A stretch of 64,000 nt of DNA, taken from the IMG/VR virus record IMGVR_UViG_3300032335_000499, one strand, 5' to 3'. Shown here piece after piece: positions 18,939-27,923 of the stretch. The notes below the pieces were generated by a model. It was not told the origin of the DNA. It worked only from the letters and a program-made list of their open reading frames with translations, and searched no databases. The first letter of the stretch is position 1, and each line of letters starts with the position of its first letter. The position numbers and the translations under genes are program-made. This DNA is from a virus (Duplodnaviria; Heunggongvirae; Uroviricota; Caudoviricetes).

Positions 18939-21022
18939 GCGAACTTAATATATACGCAAAGCCAGCAGAAACAAGACCAATGGAGCCGGATGCCGATACA
19001 AAGCATCTTGCAATGCTTCAGGCTATTGCACCTTATGTTAAAAACAAAGTACAGAAAGGTGTCACTGAAGTAGAGATTGTTCCCTCTACTACTAAAAATA
19101 CTAAGTTACTATTGTTATTGTTACCAGAATGGGCAACAATGTTTCCTCCCTTTAACATGGCAAGACTATCTGCCGTAGCAAAAGGCGCAGGCTATGAAAG
19201 TAAATGCATTGACTTAAACGTTAAAGCTTTCAATTATATGAAAGAAAATAAGAACTGCGGATTAGATTATAGTCCATGGGACGGTGCTCGTGAATGGAAA
19301 TGGACAGGTCACAACTATTACGAAGACTTGCACGAAAGACTAGAGCCTCTTTTCACTTCATACATTGAACAGATTGTAGAATATGCTCCGGACGTAATTG
19401 GCTTTACAACTTATTACTGTAACTATGAGCCTACTAGCTGGATGGCAGGTGAACTTAAGAAAGTATTACCTAACTCAGTATTTGTATTAGGCGGCAGTGA
19501 TGCTCACAAAGAACTAAGAGACATTAATCCAGCGTTTGACTATATTGTTCGAGGAGAAGGTGAAGGCATCATTCTTAACATTCTAGATAATGTAGAGAAG
19601 GGTATTCGATTTGATGAAATGCAAATTCTGCAACAGCCTGAGGGCGAAAGACTTAATTTAAGCGGCTTCCCAACTCCAGATTATTCACACTTTGACTTCA
19701 ATGACTATCAGATTCCGAACGGCGTCAACAGTGAACTTAGTCGCGGCTGCGTTGCTAAGTGTACGTTCTGTGAAGAAACACACTTTTGGAAGTATCGTCA
19801 ACGCCAAGCACTTGACATTCTAACTGAGTTACGCTATCTGTATTACGAGAAGGGTACTGATGTTGTATGGTTTATTGACAGTCTTGTTAATGGTAATCTC
19901 AGTGAGTTGATGGGCTTCTGTAAGGGAGTTATCGCCGCCGGCATGAAGATTCACTGGACAGGGTATTGTCGCTGTGATGGTCGTATGGACTTAGAGTATT
20001 ATCAAATGCTAGCCGATAGTGGTTGTGCAATGCTTAACTACGGTATTGAATCGGGTAGTCAAAAAGTGCTTGATGACATGGATAAGAAGGTTACTGTTGC
20101 TGAGATGGAACAGAACTTTAGAGATGGTGCAGCAACTGGAGTAGGAGCCTTCACTAACTGGATTGTTGGCTTCCCGACTGAACAATATCAAGACTTTGCT
20201 GACACATTAACATTCTTGTGGCGCAATAGAAACATGAACATTATTAATATTAGTCCGGGCTTCGGCTTCGGCCTAGGAATGAATACTGTTGCTGGGCAAA
20301 ACCCTGCACGATTTAACATATTAGATCACAAGTATCTAGATGGTGTCATCACTAAGGACTTTAGATTAAGTAAGTTCCATATTCTAAATCGTATGAAAAG
20401 TTTCTTTATATTCGTGCAGAATTTAATTACTGATAATCCGATTACTATTCCTCAGCGCCCTAACATTCCAATGTTTCACTATAAGTTACACTTATTAGAT
20501 CCTAGTATTCAAAAAGAAATTGAATATGAGCAGTTTGATTATGACATCATTAAGCCAAACATCAGCCCGTTTGCTGATAGTCTAGTAAATGAGATGTTTG
20601 TACTGTTCAGAATGATATGGCGTACTCGTGGCGGATTCCATATGACTGTTAAGTATGATGAAGAACTTGACATGATGGAGTTCGGCGGTCGTAACGCAGG
20701 ACCCTATTGGGCAACACATAAGTTTAATATTGACCATGATGGTAATTGGACATACGATGCTACGTTTAAGTTCGTACAGCCACCCGCTATTGTCGATCCA
20801 GGTGACCCCATGCTTCCTCGCAGTCCGTTCTTTGCTCAAGACTATTCGAGAGAGAAAGTAAACGCTGCTAAGAGAGCTAGAAAGTTAGCTAAGCCAGAAG
20901 AATGGGGAGACGAAGGTAGAGATCATGAACAGTTTATGGCACTGCTAGCAGAAGAAAGAGTATTAAACGAAACTGTTGACTTCACATTTGATTATGAGTG
21001 GTCCGGTTCAGGGAAGTGGTAA
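18935..21022 (+). CDS. Cobalamin-binding (class B) radical SAM enzyme
   Basis: B12-binding N-domain (PDVIGFT, VLGG, RGEGE), SRGCVAKCTFC, GIESGSQKVLDDM, IVGFPTE. Confidence 0.85.
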   Translation: MSELNIYAKPAETRPMEPDADTKHLAMLQAIAPYVKNKVQKGVTEVEIVPSTTKNTKLLLLLLPEWATMFPPFNMARLSAVAKGAGYESKCIDLNVKAFNYMKENKNCGLDYSPWDGAREWKWTGHNYYEDLHERLEPLFTSYIEQIVEYAPDVIGFTTYYCNYEPTSWMAGELKKVLPNSVFVLGGSDAHKELRDINPAFDYIVRGEGEGIILNILDNVEKGIRFDEMQILQQPEGERLNLSGFPTPDYSHFDFNDYQIPNGVNSELSRGCVAKCTFCEETHFWKYRQRQALDILTELRYLYYEKGTDVVWFIDSLVNGNLSELMGFCKGVIAAGMKIHWTGYCRCDGRMDLEYYQMLADSGCAMLNYGIESGSQKVLDDMDKKVTVAEMEQNFRDGAATGVGAFTNWIVGFPTEQYQDFADTLTFLWRNRNMNIINISPGFGFGLGMNTVAGQNPARFNILDHKYLDGVITKDFRLSKFHILNRMKSFFIFVQNLITDNPITIPQRPNIPMFHYKLHLLDPSIQKEIEYEQFDYDIIKPNISPFADSLVNEMFVLFRMIWRTRGGFHMTVKYDEELDMMEFGGRNAGPYWATHKFNIDHDGNWTYDATFKFVQPPAIVDPGDPMLPRSPFFAQDYSREKVNAAKRARKLAKPEEWGDEGRDHEQFMALLAEERVLNETVDFTFDYEWSGSGKW

Positions 21023-21115
21023 TTATGGGGCACCGTATACTGTTGACAGTATCGGAGTTGATCCTAGGTATTCGTTGCAGATAACCGGCATACTGACACC
21101 ATAAAGAGAGAAACG

Positions 21116-21220
21116 ATGTTTAAATTTGTTAAGAATCTATATAATAAAGTAAAGAGAGAAATTCAGTATCGTAAGCGTATCAAGGAACTACGCAAAAGAG
21201 ATCCGTTTATCTATAAGTGA
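21116..21220 (+). CDS. Small basic protein (34 aa)
   Basis: MFKFVKNLYNKVKREIQYRKRIKELRKRDPFIYK; purine-rich RBS; abuts the next gene. Below the ORF-track cutoff. Confidence 0.55.
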   Translation: MFKFVKNLYNKVKREIQYRKRIKELRKRDPFIYK

Positions 21221-21221
21221 T

Positions 21222-22715
21222 ATGAACTACGTAGGAATCAGTTGCGGCTTTCATGACGCTGCTTTAAGTGTCATTAGTGATGGTGGCAATATACTTTTTG
21301 CTGGGCACAGTGAGCGTTACAGTATGAAGAAGCATGACAGTGAACTATGTTTGGGTATAGTGGATGACGCTAGAGATCATATCAATGATGACTTTGAGGT
21401 TCATTATTATGAGCGTCCATATGTCAAGGCTGTTAGACAGTTCTTCGCAGGACAAGAGCTTGGTCCGTTCAATGTCAATAAGATTATCGGCAATCAGAAC
21501 CTACGTATGTTAGAGAGTATGAAGAATATTCGGCAGGGTAAAGTAAAGACTCATAATCACCACTTGTGTCACGTAGCAGCAGGATTCCAAACGAGTCCAT
21601 ATGAGGATGCCACAGTAGTTGTTATTGATGCTATCGGTGAGTTAGATACAATTAGTATATGGGATGCAAAATATGATAAAACGGGTAAGGCAACGTATAA
21701 GAAGATTTGGGGACGTAAGTATCCTGACTCGATTGGTCTTTTTTATTCTGCGATGACAGCAAGGGTAGGTCTGCGCCCACTAGATGAAGAATATATTCTA
21801 ATGGGTATGGCTGCATACGGTGAACCTCTATACAATGCAGATATGAAAAAATTGTTTAGTAACTTTGGCAGTATTGTGTTAAAGGATAACTTACATATCG
21901 GGGTTGACGCAGATTTTCTCAGAGAAGCAGATAAAATGGACATTGCAGCATCCGCGCAAGCTGTGGTTGAACAGTTAATTGAAACTGTAATCAAAAAGGC
22001 TAAGAAGTTAGGCAAGAGCGACAATCTCGTATATGGGGGCGGCGTCGCCCTCAACTGTCTTGCTAACAGATTGATTGGTAAGTACTATGAGAACATTTGG
22101 ATCATGCCTAATCCAGGTGATGCGGGCAATAGCTTAGGCGCAGCAGCGTTAGGCTATGGTAAGAAGGTCAACTGGACTGATGCATTTTTGGGCTATGATA
22201 TCAAGGGCAAGTATCCGGTTGACAACATACTAAAAGAGTTGTATACTAATAAGATGGTAGGTGTCGCTAGTGGCAAGGCAGAGTTTGGCCCTCGTGCATT
22301 AGGTAACCGAAGCCTACTAGCAGACCCTCGAGGGCCTGAGATTAAGGATATAGTAAATGACATTAAACGAAGACAGCAATTCAGACCATTTGCGCCTGTT
22401 ATTTTGGAGGAGCTGGTTACTGATTATTTTGACATGCCTAGCGGCTGGAGTGACAGTAGGTATATGCAAGTCATCGCTACTTGTAGGCATCCTGACTTAT
22501 TTCCTGCTATCGTTCACGCTGACGGGACTTCTCGTGTACAAACTGTGCCGAATGATGGATCAGGAATCAGAAAGCTCTTAGAAGCTTGGTATAAAGAAAC
22601 AGGCTGTCCAATGCTACTGAATACATCGTTAAATATTCGTGGTGAACCAATGGTTAATAGTCGCAGTGATGCCGACAGATTTGAAAAACTCTACGGAGTA
22701 AAAGTCTGCTCATAA
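21222..22715 (+). CDS. Carbamoyltransferase (NodU/CmcH family)
   Basis: GFHDAA, ERYS..KH, HHLCH, DAIGE, GGVALNC, PGDAG, EFGPRALGNRS, RPFAP, NTSLN. Confidence 0.95.
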   Translation: MNYVGISCGFHDAALSVISDGGNILFAGHSERYSMKKHDSELCLGIVDDARDHINDDFEVHYYERPYVKAVRQFFAGQELGPFNVNKIIGNQNLRMLESMKNIRQGKVKTHNHHLCHVAAGFQTSPYEDATVVVIDAIGELDTISIWDAKYDKTGKATYKKIWGRKYPDSIGLFYSAMTARVGLRPLDEEYILMGMAAYGEPLYNADMKKLFSNFGSIVLKDNLHIGVDADFLREADKMDIAASAQAVVEQLIETVIKKAKKLGKSDNLVYGGGVALNCLANRLIGKYYENIWIMPNPGDAGNSLGAAALGYGKKVNWTDAFLGYDIKGKYPVDNILKELYTNKMVGVASGKAEFGPRALGNRSLLADPRGPEIKDIVNDIKRRQQFRPFAPVILEELVTDYFDMPSGWSDSRYMQVIATCRHPDLFPAIVHADGTSRVQTVPNDGSGIRKLLEAWYKETGCPMLLNTSLNIRGEPMVNSRSDADRFEKLYGVKVCS

Positions 22716-22724
22716 GTAGATAGT

Positions 22725-25700
22725 ATGTTGAGAGACGTTTTTTATTACGGCGATAAGCCTAATGTTCACCCTAGAGAACAGTTCGCAGAGAATCTAGCTG
22801 ATGCTAGATTCAAATCCACTACGCATGACTTTTGGATTATCAATGAGTTCTGTGATTACCAAAACTTTGATTGGGACTTTGACTTTGAGTTACTGCCCGA
22901 CGAAGATGTTTGGGCAGAAGATCACAACAACGTGTGGCCTAGCCAACATCAGAAAGACTCTGGTACATGGTTGTGTCCAAAAGAATATAGTGACATTATT
23001 ATCTATCGCGGAGACGTAGATCCTGTCAAGAGAAAGAACGAACGAACATCAAATTGGATTCTGCTAGATAATATAGATGATTCTAAGTTTGACTTTAGTT
23101 GGCATCCCGATCCCACTGCGCCTGCTTACATATACAAGTGGGGATGCAAGTTCTTTCCCGCAGAGTTAAAGCACGTACTAGAATATCACGTAGAAGGTGC
23201 TACAACCGAAAAGTATATGAATGTCATTGCAGAATTGCTACCTAATAGTGACTGCTGGACCGAACATGACTTGATTAACAAAACAAAGTTCGATATGTCA
23301 TGGCGTCCAAACCCAATGGATCCTCCCTTCATCTATGTTTGGGGTAACAAATGGGTAGACGGAAAACTAAAACCTACTCTAACGTATCATGCTCCGAATG
23401 CAGTAGACACAAAGTACATGCCGGAACATGTTCCTGTTCTTCCTGAATGGGACAAGTGGGTAGAAATACAAGCAGTAGACAAAAATAAGTTTGATTTCAC
23501 TTGGCGCCCTGACCCAAGAGAACCTTCATACATTTACACCTGGGGTAATAAGCACATTGCAGCACAAGATCGCCCAACCCTAGAATATCACTGCGATGAT
23601 GCAACTGATAGAAAGTATATGGATGAACAAGTTCCCGTTCTCCCTGAATGGGACCGCTGGAAGATAGTGCAAAAGATAGACATGAATAGCGTTGATTTCA
23701 CTTGGCGCCCTGATCCTAAAGAACCTCCTTTCACTTACGTATTCGGTAATGAGTTATACGATGCTGTAAAGATGCCTACAATTATCTACAACATGCCCGA
23801 CGGTCCGGAAGTAAAGTATATGGGCAATCTTAAAGCTAAGTTAGCTCCCAACGTTGAAAAGTTCCGAGTGCTGATTCCGATTGACAATGACAGCTTTGAT
23901 TTTGCATGGCTTCCAGATCCAGACGAACCTCCTTACATTTATACATGGGGAAATCAGTGGAATAGTGCTGAGATAGAACCCACTGTTGAATTTCATGTGG
24001 AAGGCGCTACGCAACGCAAGTTTATGGATGCTAGAGCAACAGTGCTTCCTGACATGAGCCGCTGGTTAGAGATTCAAGAAGTAGATAAGAGTAAGTTTGA
24101 TTTCAGTTGGAGACCTGATCCCACTTCGCCTCCTTACATTTATACATGGGGTAACAAATGGATTGATGCAGAATTGCGCCCCACGCTTGAGTATCATTGC
24201 GAAGGTGCAGTTGAACCTAAGTACATGAGTAATGATGTTCCTGTGACGCCGGAGTCAGATAGATGGAAAATCTTACAAAAGATTTTACCTGACAGCTTTG
24301 ACTTCACCTGGCGTCCTGACCCAAGAGAGCCACCTTATACCTATGTGTTCGGTAATGAATTGTATGATGCAATCAAGATGCCGACTATCATGTATAATAT
24401 GCCCGACGGTCCGGAAACAAAATACGTACATGATATCACTGCAAAATTAGCAGGGAATAGAAGTCTATACGAGCATTTAGAAGACGCTGAGTTAGAAGAT
24501 TATTCTTGGGTTCCGGATCCAGATAGCCCGCCCTACATATATGCATGGGGAAATCAGTGGAATAAGCCAGAAGATAAGATATCTATTCAAATCTCCGTGC
24601 CAGGTGCTACTGAATACAAATACATGGAACAACGAGCAATCCGTAAACCTAATAGAACTAATTGGGAAATACCGGATAGCCTATCTGCATTTGACTTTAG
24701 TTGGGAACCTAACCCAAATGATCCTCCCTATATCTATGAATTTGCGACAGTATGGAATAATAGAGGCGGCCCTCGCTACGTAGTACCTGGCGCTACTGAA
24801 TACAAGTATGTCGAAGATATCAAAGCTGTTTTAAAACCTGATAGAACTAACTGGGAAATTCAAGAAGGCGTCGATACCTCCGGCTTCGATTTCTCGTGGG
24901 TCCCACATCCGGACGCACCTGCATACGTCTATCAGTTTGGTACTAAAACTGACAACGACGATGGTCCTAGATACGTTACTCCAAACAATAGCGGCGAAGT
25001 TGTGTATTTGGAAAGAATAGAGTCAACTGTCATCGTAGTTGGTCAGTACCCTATCGAAACTACACTAGATGATCTAGTAGCACAACATCCTAATGAAATC
25101 TTTTGGGCTACGAGAAAGAACATTGACTACTCTAGCTTTGATTTTGACTGGCGACCAGGCATAGTTGAAGTAGCATGGGAACTAGATTATGTTCATGTAT
25201 TCGGTTCACCTGATTCAGAGCTAACACAAACATATTTTATCAGTGCCAAACACTATGCAGAAGGTAATACTAGTCTTAAGTTCGTAGAAGAATTGAAGCT
25301 AGATGAAAGTACTCTTTCTAAAATCTTTGCTAAACCCGACATGTTCTTTGTAGATAGAAGTAATCCAGAATCAGCAGCAAGATTTGAAGCACTAAGGGCA
25401 AAATTTGGCACGAGAATTCAAAAGACTCGCTATCTCAACTCATGGGTAGATACTATTAGTCGTTGTAATAATCGTGCAACTACTGAATTGCTTTGGGTGT
25501 TCAACAGTGAGCTAGACTATACCGACTTCAACTTTGATTATTATCCTAACCCTTGGCAGATGAAGATGGTGCATGTATTCGGAACTCAGTGGTCACATTG
25601 GGGTACTACATTTATGGTCAATCGTGAGACCTTTAAAGAAGATACAAAATATATCAAGGTCATCGAACACCTATCAAATCTTAACTTTGTGAAGAATATT

Positions 25701-27062
25701 AAAGCTAACGCAACTCAGTGTATTCATGATATTATAGTTATTGACCATGGCAATACAGAATTACCATCCGTGCTAAAAACTGTTAATAGCAAAGCATGTG
25801 GAAGAAACGTAACAACTATCTCATATAACACCAGTTACTTTGGTACTCTCAAAGAAATCTTAAAGAGGCAACAAGAGAAGAAAGAACATTATATTTGGAT
25901 TTGCTCTAGTGTTTGTGACTATAGCGACTTTGATTTCTCGTATATATGTGACCCATACGCTAAGGACCAGCTGCATGTCTTCCCCAGCGGTATACAGAAG
26001 TTTGGAGATACATTCTTTGTTGATGTTAATTTGGCACGTGAGTTAATTGATGAAATGGAAAAACTAGAAGACTTCCGTAAAGTTAACTTTAACCCCACTA
26101 TTAAAGCAAAGAGACTTCCAGAACCGGTAATAGTAACAACTGCTGATACACACGTTGCATCAATTAAAAATGTCACAGGGTTCCCGTACGCCACTATAAT
26201 CACCGAGGATAATGTAGACATTGAGGATACAGTTATTGAACCGATGAATTTATGGTTTCCAGAGTCAAAGAACATATTGATTACTAGCACCGGCGGAACT
26301 AGAATTGTTGTTCCGATAGAAGCTAAAGATTATGTTACGAGTGAACTGTACGAATACCCATATATCAAGCGTATGCCTAAGCTAGTGAAATCAAATCCGC
26401 TAGACATTGTATTCTTGAGCAACGGGGAAACCGGAGCAGAAGAAAACTATGAACATCTATTGAAAGTTACTGCAAACTTATCCAATAGGGTAGTGAGAGT
26501 AGACGGAGTAAATGGTAGAGTAGCAGCGTATCATGCAGCAGCAGAAGCAAGCAACACGCCATGGTTCTTTACTGTCTTTGCGAAACTAGAAGTCAGTCCT
26601 AAGTTTGATTGGAATTGGCAACCGGACAGAATGCAGATACCTAAGCATTATATCTTTCACGCAAAGAATCCTGTTAATGGTTTAATCTATGGGCACCAAG
26701 CTATGATTGCTTATAATAAGAAGTTGACATTAGGTAACGAGGGTAAGGGACTAGACTTTACGTTAGACAATCATCACGAAGTAGTGCCATTGATCTCCGG
26801 CACGGCACGTTATAACACTGATAGTTTCTCAGCATGGCGTACTGCTTTCAGAGAAGCAATTAAGTTAAAGATGGGTAACGATGATGATTCCCGTGAACGC
26901 CTTGAAGCATGGCTTACCAAAGGCGAGGGTGAGTTCGCAGAATATAGTATCAAGGGCGCTCAAGACGCTATGACCTATTATGATGAGGTCAACGGGGATT
27001 TTGACAAACTAAAACTAAGCTATGAGTGGATTTGGCTCAAAGAAAAATTTGATCAAATTTAA
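22725..27062 (+). CDS. 1445-aa protein with ten tandem repeats and C-terminal GT-A-like domain
   Basis: FDFxWxPDPxxPPYIYxWGN repeats. The C-terminus (DIVFLSNGE, RVDGVNG, AWRTAFRE) resembles 5256..6200. Confidence 0.8.
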   Translation: MLRDVFYYGDKPNVHPREQFAENLADARFKSTTHDFWIINEFCDYQNFDWDFDFELLPDEDVWAEDHNNVWPSQHQKDSGTWLCPKEYSDIIIYRGDVDPVKRKNERTSNWILLDNIDDSKFDFSWHPDPTAPAYIYKWGCKFFPAELKHVLEYHVEGATTEKYMNVIAELLPNSDCWTEHDLINKTKFDMSWRPNPMDPPFIYVWGNKWVDGKLKPTLTYHAPNAVDTKYMPEHVPVLPEWDKWVEIQAVDKNKFDFTWRPDPREPSYIYTWGNKHIAAQDRPTLEYHCDDATDRKYMDEQVPVLPEWDRWKIVQKIDMNSVDFTWRPDPKEPPFTYVFGNELYDAVKMPTIIYNMPDGPEVKYMGNLKAKLAPNVEKFRVLIPIDNDSFDFAWLPDPDEPPYIYTWGNQWNSAEIEPTVEFHVEGATQRKFMDARATVLPDMSRWLEIQEVDKSKFDFSWRPDPTSPPYIYTWGNKWIDAELRPTLEYHCEGAVEPKYMSNDVPVTPESDRWKILQKILPDSFDFTWRPDPREPPYTYVFGNELYDAIKMPTIMYNMPDGPETKYVHDITAKLAGNRSLYEHLEDAELEDYSWVPDPDSPPYIYAWGNQWNKPEDKISIQISVPGATEYKYMEQRAIRKPNRTNWEIPDSLSAFDFSWEPNPNDPPYIYEFATVWNNRGGPRYVVPGATEYKYVEDIKAVLKPDRTNWEIQEGVDTSGFDFSWVPHPDAPAYVYQFGTKTDNDDGPRYVTPNNSGEVVYLERIESTVIVVGQYPIETTLDDLVAQHPNEIFWATRKNIDYSSFDFDWRPGIVEVAWELDYVHVFGSPDSELTQTYFISAKHYAEGNTSLKFVEELKLDESTLSKIFAKPDMFFVDRSNPESAARFEALRAKFGTRIQKTRYLNSWVDTISRCNNRATTELLWVFNSELDYTDFNFDYYPNPWQMKMVHVFGTQWSHWGTTFMVNRETFKEDTKYIKVIEHLSNLNFVKNIKANATQCIHDIIVIDHGNTELPSVLKTVNSKACGRNVTTISYNTSYFGTLKEILKRQQEKKEHYIWICSSVCDYSDFDFSYICDPYAKDQLHVFPSGIQKFGDTFFVDVNLARELIDEMEKLEDFRKVNFNPTIKAKRLPEPVIVTTADTHVASIKNVTGFPYATIITEDNVDIEDTVIEPMNLWFPESKNILITSTGGTRIVVPIEAKDYVTSELYEYPYIKRMPKLVKSNPLDIVFLSNGETGAEENYEHLLKVTANLSNRVVRVDGVNGRVAAYHAAAEASNTPWFFTVFAKLEVSPKFDWNWQPDRMQIPKHYIFHAKNPVNGLIYGHQAMIAYNKKLTLGNEGKGLDFTLDNHHEVVPLISGTARYNTDSFSAWRTAFREAIKLKMGNDDDSRERLEAWLTKGEGEFAEYSIKGAQDAMTYYDEVNGDFDKLKLSYEWIWLKEKFDQI
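23055..25013 (+). repeat. Ten ~63-68 aa tandem protein repeats
   Basis: Consensus W..I..D...FDFSWRPDP..PPYIY.WGN.W......PT.EY...GA...KYM; repeats 3-4-5 resemble 6-7-8. Confidence 0.85.
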
Positions 27063-27070
27063 AATAGTGC

Positions 27071-27099
27071 TTGACATTACCAAAAAAGATAAGTATAAT
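27071..27099 (+). promoter_or_regulatory. Sigma70 early promoter
   Basis: TTGACA-17 nt-TATAAT, exact consensus. Confidence 0.85.
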
Positions 27100-27109
27100 A
27101 GAGGATACT

Positions 27110-27229
27110 ATGAAAGAACTTATTAACACCCAAACAGCCGCAGTTGTTATGCTAGCTCCGGCTCTAGCGTATGTTACATATAAGCTAGCACTTGAAATTT
27201 GGTGTATTGCTTATGGTTTAATTTACTAA
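27110..27229 (+). CDS. Small hydrophobic protein (39 aa)
   Basis: GAGGA RBS downstream of the promoter; hydrophobic sequence. Confidence 0.5.
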   Translation: MKELINTQTAAVVMLAPALAYVTYKLALEIWCIAYGLIY

Positions 27230-27247
27230 CAGCCAAAGGAGGCTACT

Positions 27248-27610
27248 ATGAAGAAGATTGTTTCACTTATTACACTTGCTGCAATGCTTGCAGTTTCTAC
27301 TCCAGCTGTTGCTAACGGACGACACAATGATAATCGTTGGGGCGTAGACAGCAATCGTAATAGCCCTTATCACGGCAGACATAACCGAAACAACAACCGA
27401 ATCAACACCGGAGAAGCAGTTGCTATCGGCATCGGTGCCTTGATTTTGGGCGCTGCTATTGCAAATAATAATCGCAATCGTCAGGTTGTCGAGCGATACG
27501 AGTATCCGCAGCAGCGTCGCCAGCCGCAACAAGTGTGTCAGGATGTTATCAGATACGACACATATACCGGCGAACCTTACATAGCTGGCCGTAACTGCTG
27601 GTATCAATAA
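27248..27610 (+). CDS. Secreted/envelope protein with signal peptide and Gly-zipper-like segment
   Basis: MKKIVSLITLAAMLAVSTPAVA signal, GEAVAIGIGALILGAAIA, AGGAGG RBS. Confidence 0.65.
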   Translation: MKKIVSLITLAAMLAVSTPAVANGRHNDNRWGVDSNRNSPYHGRHNRNNNRINTGEAVAIGIGALILGAAIANNNRNRQVVERYEYPQQRRQPQQVCQDVIRYDTYTGEPYIAGRNCWYQ

Positions 27611-27750
27611 TGAAGCGTCCCGCTAAACATGAAATTGGAAGACTTGATCGCTGGATAAAGTATTTTCATGGTTCTGTTCTTACCCAAGAGCAGATTAAAG
27701 AACGAGCAAATCAATTGACTCGTGCAGGAAAAGACCCAGGTACAGTATAA
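27610..27750 (+). CDS. Small hypothetical protein (46 aa)
   Basis: TAATG stop/start coupling with the upstream gene; fills the gap. Confidence 0.45.
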   Translation: MKRPAKHEIGRLDRWIKYFHGSVLTQEQIKERANQLTRAGKDPGTV

Positions 27751-27751
27751 T

Positions 27752-27904
27752 ATGGTGGTTTGTAGTTGCCGAGATATTAGAGACTCGCAGTACAACAATA
27801 AGGAAGAACTTATTGCTCGGCTGCTACAAGACGATTATTGTTGTGGTACATGCATCGAAGATTTATCACCTTGTACAAAAAAATGTCTTGACAACGTAGA
27901 CTAA
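27752..27904 (+). CDS. Bfd-like [2Fe-2S] ferredoxin
   Basis: MVVCSC...CCGTC matches the CxC...CxxC spacing of bacterioferritin-associated ferredoxin. Confidence 0.6.
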   Translation: MVVCSCRDIRDSQYNNKEELIARLLQDDYCCGTCIEDLSPCTKKCLDNVD

Positions 27905-27918
27905 ACCGTATATAAATA
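27888..27918 (+). promoter_or_regulatory. Overlapping sigma70 and late-type promoter for the tmRNA
   Basis: TTGACA (27888)-17 nt-TATAAA, which also reads TATAAATA (27911-27918). Confidence 0.65.
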
Positions 27919-27923
27919 GATTA

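Noticed and set aside
21025-21220. RiPP precursor peptides for the radical SAM enzymes
   Set aside because: The 19-aa and 34-aa ORFs show no leader/core pattern, and no RRE domain, peptidase or transporter is evident; the surrounding enzymes point to sugar chemistry.
23055-25013. Possible CRISPR array or DGR template/variable repeats
   Set aside because: The repeats are in-frame protein repeats diverged at synonymous sites, with no identical DNA repeat-spacer structure, no adenine-specific variation noticed and no reverse transcriptase in the window.
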